This document shows positions 58,255 to 64,000 of a stretch of 64,000 bases of DNA, one piece after another. Under the pieces are notes generated by a model. That model worked only from the letters and a program-made list of their open reading frames with translations, had not been told where the DNA came from and ran no database searches. Both the position numbers and the translations under genes were made by a program. The stretch is from Longimicrobiales bacterium (GTDB lineage Bacteria > Gemmatimonadota > Gemmatimonadetes > Longimicrobiales > Gaopeijiaceae): positions 416,001 to 480,000 of the forward strand of contig CBDCKN010000013.1 of the NCBI GenBank assembly GCA_965218295.1, given 5' to 3'. Position 1 is the first letter of the stretch. Each line of letters opens with the position of its first letter.

Positions 58255-58845
58255 ATGCAGCTAGACCTTGGAAGTGCCGCGAGAGACTTTGCCCTCCTCC
58301 CAGTTGTGGAGGACCGCCGTGCGCGTATCGGCCTCGCCATTGTAACCTTCGTGGTGGCCACCAGCTTCGGTGCCCACGTGGCCGTGCCGCTTCCCTGGAC
58401 TCCGGTTCCGATGACCCTCCAGCCCCTCTTCGTGATCCTGGCCGGTGCAGTGCTGGGTCCGCGCCTCGGCGCGGCCGCTATGGCCACCTACCTGGCAGTG
58501 GGTATGGGGGGTGCACCGGTTTTTTCACAAGGACACGCGGGTATAGGCTGGCTGCTTGGGCCGACCGGCGGATACCTGATCTCTTATCCGGCGGCGGCCT
58601 ACGTCAGTGGACTTCTGGCCGGTAAGGCTTCATCGAGTGCACTTCGCCTCTTTGGGGCGTTGAGCGCAGGCATGCTGATCATCTACGTGGGGGGGACCGC
58701 ACAGCTTGCGCTTCTGACCCAGTTGGATCTGCGGGCGGTCATGGCTCTGAGTGTTCTGCCCTTCCTGGGAGGCGACCTCGCCAAGGTGCTGATCGGTGTA
58801 ATCGTCGCAAAGAGGGTGCGGCCCACCAGCCTTGCCCGACTTTGA
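58255..58845 (+). CDS. bioY: Biotin transporter BioY
   Basis: PVPMTLQ, GAPVFS, LLGPTGGYL, LPFLGGDLAK. Confidence 0.92.
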   Translation: MQLDLGSAARDFALLPVVEDRRARIGLAIVTFVVATSFGAHVAVPLPWTPVPMTLQPLFVILAGAVLGPRLGAAAMATYLAVGMGGAPVFSQGHAGIGWLLGPTGGYLISYPAAAYVSGLLAGKASSSALRLFGALSAGMLIIYVGGTAQLALLTQLDLRAVMALSVLPFLGGDLAKVLIGVIVAKRVRPTSLARL

Positions 58846-58860
58846 GTCGCTGAAGCCCCC

Positions 58861-58938
58861 CTACTCCCCGCGCAACGCCACCAGCGGATCCACCTTGCCC
58901 GCCCGCCTGGCCGGGACGTAGCCCGCGAGGATCGCGAC
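58861..58938 (-). pseudogene. C-terminal remnant of a MacB/FtsX-type (ADOP-like) ABC permease
   Basis: VAILAGYVPARRAGKVDPLVALRGE*. Confidence 0.65.
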
Positions 58939-59697
58939 TCGGACGCGTTGCGACTGAACAGAATGCGTCTCCAAGTCGATTTGGCGCCAGACCCTGGGAT
59001 CGATCTACTAGGGTTGTGACGGACCCCAGCGGGAGGAGGAGAGAAGTGAGCGAGTTGGTAAACGTTCAAGGCGAGCCAGACCCCGATCCCATCGACGCAC
59101 TGATCGAGCAGGTGGCACGACGGCGACAGCCGGATGTTCCGTTATACATCACGGCGGCGAAGGTCTACCGCGAAGGAATTGACACCCTTGACCCCGTGAC
59201 GGTACCCCTGCGGGTGCCCACGGCTGTCAAGACACTGTTCACGGTGACTTCCTTTTCTCAGGAGTGCAGATGAAAGACCTTGTTCATGATCTTCCACTCC
59301 CCGTCGATTTTGAGCAGGGTGAAGTCGAGGTTGTCCAAAATGACTCATAACCCACGCTGTCTGGGTGACGGTTCGTTGATCTGGAGTCCCTCATGTCACT
59401 GAGAGAGGGCCTGCGCAATGGCATGACGGCGTTCATGGCCGCGGCCATCACCTTTCTTGTCCTCGAGCTGGGCCTGAGGCTGTATCATGGGGAGGTCTTC
59501 GACTTCGTCAGCGAGCTTCGCCCAACTCCCAATCTCGCGCACACGTCGCGCGCAGACTACCATCCACGACCAGACGTGGCCCCGATACAGCGGCCTCAGC
59601 CGGATGCACGATCCGTCGTTGAGCCACAGCCGACCTCGCTTCGGCTGCCGCTGCGGGACCTTCAGCCCCTCCTGCCTCCAGATCCGCTCCACCCGCT

Positions 59698-60928
59698 TGT
59701 GCTGAGACGGTATTCACCTGACAGTTGACCACGAGAGAGGACGGTGGCCAGCCGCCCTCGCCGGAGCTAATTGAGAGATGTCGAAGTCACTCACTTAGCA
59801 CGGGAGAGAAGATGACCACCGTCCAGGGGGAGAAGATAGCGCGCCGCAAGCTGAGCCTGCTACAGTTGGCCCAGGAGCTCGGCAACGTGAGCAAGGCGTG
59901 CAAGATCGTGGGCTACAGCCGGCAGCAGTTCTACGAGATCAGGAGGAACTTCCAGCTTTACGGGGCCGAGGGGCTGATCGACCAGCTTCCGGGGCCGAAG
60001 GGACCGCACCCGAACCGGGTGAGTGAAGAGATTGAGCAGGCGGTCTTGGCCCACGCCTTGGAGGCTCCGACGCACGGAGCTCAGCGGGTCGCGGACGAGT
60101 TGCTGCTCGGAGGGATCCAGGTGAGCTCAGGAGGCGTACGGGGCGTGTGGAGCCGGCATGGCCTCACCACGAAGCACGAACGGCTGCTCAGGCTCGAAGA
60201 GACGGCCAGGGAACGGAAGCTGAAGCTGACCGACGAGCAGATCGAGCTGCTGGAGCGCTTCAGTCCCGAGTTCCGGGAGCGCCACATCGAAGTCCATTAC
60301 CCGGGCGACCTCGTCGCCGTGGACACGTTCTTCGTCGGAACGCTGAAGGGGGTCGGCAAGGTGTACCTGCAGACCGTGCTCGATTGCTTCAGCCGCTACG
60401 CCTGGGGCCGGCTCTACACGAGCAAGCTCCCGCTCACGGCGGTGCAGGTGATGAATAACGACGTGTTGCCGTTCTTCGATGAGCACCGGGTCCGGGTGAA
60501 GACCGTGCTCAGCGACAACGGCCGCGAGTTCTGCGGCCGTCCGGACCGTCACCCATATGAGCTGTTCCTTCAGCTCGAGGACATCGAGCACCGCACGACG
60601 AAGGTGGGCAGGCCCCAGTCCAACGGCTTCATCGAGCGCTTCCACCGCACGCTCCTCGACGAGCACTTGAGGGTGAAGGGCCGCACCACCTGGTACGAGA
60701 CCGTCGAGGAGATGCAGCAGGACCTCGAGGCGTATCTGGAGACCTACAACCGGAAGCGGCCGCACCGCGGTCGAGCCATGGAGGGCCGCACGCCCTATCA
60801 GGTCTTCAAGGCCGGTCTCACCGACGCCAGGAAGGCCGCAAAGGCCAGGAAGGAGGAGGCTAAGACGAAGGCAGCCTAGACACAGCTCCGGCGAGGGCCA
60901 ACTGTCAGGTCATTACCATCTCTGTACA
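59698..60928 (+). mobile_element. IS481-family element (1231 bp) with 7-bp target duplication ACCCGCT
   Basis: TGT...ACA ends with roughly 30-bp imperfect inverted repeats; ACCCGCT at 59691-59697 and 60929-60935. Confidence 0.92.
59812..60879 (+). CDS. IS481-family transposase
   Basis: LAQELGNVSKAC, PGDLVAVDTFFVG, LSDNGREF, PQSNGFIERF. Confidence 0.93.
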   Translation: MTTVQGEKIARRKLSLLQLAQELGNVSKACKIVGYSRQQFYEIRRNFQLYGAEGLIDQLPGPKGPHPNRVSEEIEQAVLAHALEAPTHGAQRVADELLLGGIQVSSGGVRGVWSRHGLTTKHERLLRLEETARERKLKLTDEQIELLERFSPEFRERHIEVHYPGDLVAVDTFFVGTLKGVGKVYLQTVLDCFSRYAWGRLYTSKLPLTAVQVMNNDVLPFFDEHRVRVKTVLSDNGREFCGRPDRHPYELFLQLEDIEHRTTKVGRPQSNGFIERFHRTLLDEHLRVKGRTTWYETVEEMQQDLEAYLETYNRKRPHRGRAMEGRTPYQVFKAGLTDARKAAKARKEEAKTKAA

Positions 60929-61036
60929 ACCCGCTTGTGGTTCACCCCCCAGCCCTCGATGCGGAGCATGTCCGTGACGCGTCGGTAGCCGTAGCGGCCG
61001 AATCGACTCGCAAGTCGCACGATCGTGGAAGTAGGT

Positions 61037-63268
61037 TCATGTGCGTGCGAGCACCTGTTCGAACCACAGGATGGCTGCCTCGCCCTCTTTTCGCGTAACC
61101 TCGTCAACAGATCGACTGTGGCGTATGCCGTTTCGTAGTTCTGCCAATTGGCCGAACTTCGCCGACAGCGTCTCCTTGTTCACGAATATATTCTCAAAAC
61201 CCTGCCAGAGTCTCTTGCTGAGGATCGTATCCTGCAACTCTCTCAGATCACAGTACTCAAGACGCCGGCTCAACTGTTTGTACTGATCGAGTTCGATGTT
61301 TGCATTCTTCTTTGCGGCAGCCTGGATGCGTTCATCAGCTTTCTGAAGCACGTGCGGTGGAAGCCGCTCAGCATCATCTTCGAGTGTTGTGACCACTTGT
61401 TCGCGGAGAGCCAACTCAATGCCTTCGACCCGCTCGTCCAACTCGCGTAGCTGGGGCGACAGATCGATCCTCTCCTTGATCAGCAGGTTCTCAATCGCCT
61501 CCAGCAACGTACGCTGGCGTTCAACAATGAAGGCCTCGTAGTCGTCTGCAGTGAACGGATTGCGCAACAGCACCTCCAGAGCCGCCGATGAGATGAAGTG
61601 CGACTCGAACATGCTGCGCACGGCGTTCTCTCCGTTTTGCTCGATCAACTCCGGCAAATATTCGTTCGGGAACCGGTCGCGAATGACGCCTCGATTCGTC
61701 TCGGCAGTGAGCGGCGTGCGGTTCAGAATGGAGTGGATCAACGCACCAGTTCCAAGGGCAGTAGCCTTCGATGCCGGGATGATGTGATGATCGTCCAGGT
61801 CACCGTGTTGAGGCACATTGCCGCTCATCCAGTCCCGCGCGCCCTGGATAACGAGCAAATTGAAGATGCCATTATAGACCGACGTTCCGCGCTTGACTTC
61901 ACGGCGAAGCTCTAAACTTCGGAAACGCATTCCAAATTCCTGGATCAGCCCTGGCTCGCTAGCGTCGTCATCCATCCAGGCCTTAAGGTCCAGGAAATCC
62001 CGGGCTGCGGTGGACTCGACAGAACCCGAATAGCGGTTCAGGAATACCGAGGCCCAGTACCAATACCGGACCTTGCGCTGCGCTTCGAGTCTCCGGTTGG
62101 CCGGCAATCCTCTGACGTGCTCTTGTACAGCAGAAAACACCGGGATAATCGAAACGTAGGGGAGGTAGTTCGAAGAGATCGCTCTGAACTCCTGAGGATG
62201 ACGCAAGAGCTTGATGGCCCTCTCAATCGCATCGACGGCATCGTTCCAACGATGCCTGAATGCCGACGTGTCAGCAACCAGCACTTCCTTGCGGCGCGTT
62301 CCATCCGGGTCGCGAACTGGTTTCTCTTGTCCGGGAAGAAGGAAGTAGAGGTACTTTGGCGAGCAGTACCCTTGCCTGAGAATCGACATCACCTGCAAGA
62401 TGTAGACATTCATCTTGTTCGAGTCGACGAACTCGAGGCGGGCGGCAGCGTCACGCCACATCTGCTTCAACCGCACACCCTTCGGTCTGAGCAACGCGTT
62501 GATGAGGTCGAAGGTGTCGAGCTGAGCACCTTTGCTGTTGATTTGCGTGAAAATATCGCAGACCTTGTCGATCCCGAGTTGCTGATCGAGTTCGATATAC
62601 GAAATCTGGTACTGCTCTGTAAGATTATGAAGGTACTCGCCGAACGCCTCCGCGTTTTCGGCATGCAGCACTGCCTGCTGGTGCAGGCTATCGTTGCCCG
62701 CCAACTCCCAGGCGGCGGCTACGTCACGCCAGTACTTTTCGTATCCCTGCACCCAGTTGGGTAGCGCGAAACGCTTTTCCCCGACAACGGCCAATGGAAA
62801 GACGTGGTCCGCATACTGCTGCTCACGATTCGTGATGAGCTTCGCCCAGCGTTTCGACCAATCGTACGCGAACGCATTGTCGTACTCCTCGGTCATGAAA
62901 CGGTCGACGTGAACGAAGTAGAAATACCGATTTACTCGATTGGGCAGAGCTTTATCGGGTGCCAGGAATGCGTAGTACATGGCCGTGAGTCGCTGCTGCC
63001 CGTCCAGCACGATGTATTCCGGCTTCCCTGAGCCTCCATAGCCATAGACTGGTTCACAGGACAACGCCGCGAAATTCTCCTCCTTGCCAGCCCAGAGCAA
63101 CAGGCTGCCGATGTAGTAGTCGAGAAAAATCGAGCGCATGAGATCGCGAACGTCCCATGGTTGCCACTCGAACTCGCGCTGGAAGTCGGGAATGACGAAC
63201 CGCCCTTCCCGCAAGCGTCCAATTAGAGTGTTTAGGCTGATGTGGTCAGGTTTCTGTGCATCTTTCAA
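61037..63268 (-). CDS. GmrSD-like DUF262 + HNH (DUF1524-like) protein with a C-terminal Swt1-like HEPN domain
   Basis: IPDFQREFEW, LDGQQRLT, FTQINSKG; DDHHIIP...NRTPLTAETN; C-terminal RNGIRH (Rx4H). Confidence 0.82.
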   Translation of the reverse strand: MKDAQKPDHISLNTLIGRLREGRFVIPDFQREFEWQPWDVRDLMRSIFLDYYIGSLLLWAGKEENFAALSCEPVYGYGGSGKPEYIVLDGQQRLTAMYYAFLAPDKALPNRVNRYFYFVHVDRFMTEEYDNAFAYDWSKRWAKLITNREQQYADHVFPLAVVGEKRFALPNWVQGYEKYWRDVAAAWELAGNDSLHQQAVLHAENAEAFGEYLHNLTEQYQISYIELDQQLGIDKVCDIFTQINSKGAQLDTFDLINALLRPKGVRLKQMWRDAAARLEFVDSNKMNVYILQVMSILRQGYCSPKYLYFLLPGQEKPVRDPDGTRRKEVLVADTSAFRHRWNDAVDAIERAIKLLRHPQEFRAISSNYLPYVSIIPVFSAVQEHVRGLPANRRLEAQRKVRYWYWASVFLNRYSGSVESTAARDFLDLKAWMDDDASEPGLIQEFGMRFRSLELRREVKRGTSVYNGIFNLLVIQGARDWMSGNVPQHGDLDDHHIIPASKATALGTGALIHSILNRTPLTAETNRGVIRDRFPNEYLPELIEQNGENAVRSMFESHFISSAALEVLLRNPFTADDYEAFIVERQRTLLEAIENLLIKERIDLSPQLRELDERVEGIELALREQVVTTLEDDAERLPPHVLQKADERIQAAAKKNANIELDQYKQLSRRLEYCDLRELQDTILSKRLWQGFENIFVNKETLSAKFGQLAELRNGIRHSRSVDEVTRKEGEAAILWFEQVLART

Positions 63269-63308
63269 TGAGGGTGTCCTAAGTTTAGTTGGAATTTGAA
63301 GTGACCGC

Positions 63309-64000
63309 CCCTCTCTGCCAACTTACGTGAGACACGGAGCAGCTAAGGAATTAGAGTAGGGCGAAGGCAGAGAAACCGAGGATGCTGAGACACCGAGAGA
63401 GAATGAAAGAGAATGGAATAGCCCCACCAACCTGGGACGGTAAGCGAAGCGCGGCAGCTCCTGCGGACTCGGAGGTGGTAGATAGGCCGCTGCGCCGGCG
63501 GTTCGCTCCGTCGTACAAGCTGCGGATCGTCGAAGAAGCGGACCGGTGCACGGAGCCCGGAGAGGTTGGCCGACTCCTACGGCGGGAGGGCTTGTACTCG
63601 TCGCACCTGACGACATGGCGCAAGGCGGCGCATAGCGGGTCCCTGAAAGCGCTGTCGAAGAAACGAGGCCGTAAGCGCGAGCGCAATCCGCTGGAGGAGA
63701 AGGTGCGCAAGCTGGAGCGCGAGAACACTCGCCTCGAGAAGGAGCTCCAGAAGGCGCACTTGATCATCGACGTCCAGGGAAAAGTTGCAGGGCTGCTGGG
63801 ATTGAGCCTCGAGGACGGGACGAACTCATGAAGGCGACCCAGGAGCTAGCCAAGCACGTAGGGGTGAAGCCCGCGTGCGATGCGCTCAGGGTGCCGCGAG
63901 CCACGTTCTACCGTCGTCGGAGGCCATCGACCGGGCATCAGCAGCCCCGCCCGACCCCCGCCCGGGCCTTAAGCGAGAAGGAACGAGACAAGGTCTTCGA
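63309..64000 (+). mobile_element. IS3-family element, copy 4 (cut by the window end)
   Basis: Same left end, orfA at 63382..63831 and the start of orfB. Confidence 0.95.
63382..63831 (+). CDS. IS3-family transposase OrfA
   Basis: Protein identical to copy 1. Confidence 0.9.
   Translation: MLRHRERMKENGIAPPTWDGKRSAAAPADSEVVDRPLRRRFAPSYKLRIVEEADRCTEPGEVGRLLRREGLYSSHLTTWRKAAHSGSLKALSKKRGRKRERNPLEEKVRKLERENTRLEKELQKAHLIIDVQGKVAGLLGLSLEDGTNS

Larger units (their letters stand above)
59570..61030 (-). pseudogene. Remnant of a second IS3-family OrfB, split by the IS481-family element
   Basis: RYGYRRVTDMLRIEGWGVNHKRV | ERIWRQEGLKVPQRQPKRGRLWLNDGSCIRLRP...HVWS rejoin across the IS481. Confidence 0.8.

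Noticed and set aside
59016..59273. 85-aa ORF
   Set aside because: No motif or clear start; probably a remnant or spurious.

Overview
A GC-rich bacterial chromosome segment, probably Gemmatimonadota (inferred from protein families and style, not from a database search). It has four parts. (1) 1-7.6 kb: a minus-strand surface-polysaccharide locus with two broken genes, plus hemD. (2) 7.7-48.2 kb: the ribosomal/RNA polymerase supercluster on the minus strand, in the order tRNAs Tyr-Gly-Thr, tuf, rpmG, secE, nusG, rplKAJL, rpoBC, rpsLG, fusA, tuf, S10-spc-alpha operons, rpmB. (3) Between rpoC and rpsL lies a three-gene island: an HprK-like kinase, a PqqD/RRE domain fused to a Tat-like leader and a 10-Cys peptide (split by an IS), and a nucleotidyltransferase. 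It looks like an uncharacterised RiPP-type peptide-modification system and is the best candidate novel system here. (4) 48.3-64 kb: an accessory region with three more copies of the same IS3-family element, a nested IS481, a displaced tRNA-Thr(TGT), many gene fragments, HEAT/CHY/BioY genes and a GmrSD-like DUF262-HNH-HEPN defence gene. Other oddities: both tuf genes share the same 380-bp structured trailer with two hairpins whose loops are complementary over 28 nt; the IS3 ends extend 7 bp beyond its TG..CA inverted repeats; and many ribosomal proteins carry acidic, tandem-repeat terminal tails.
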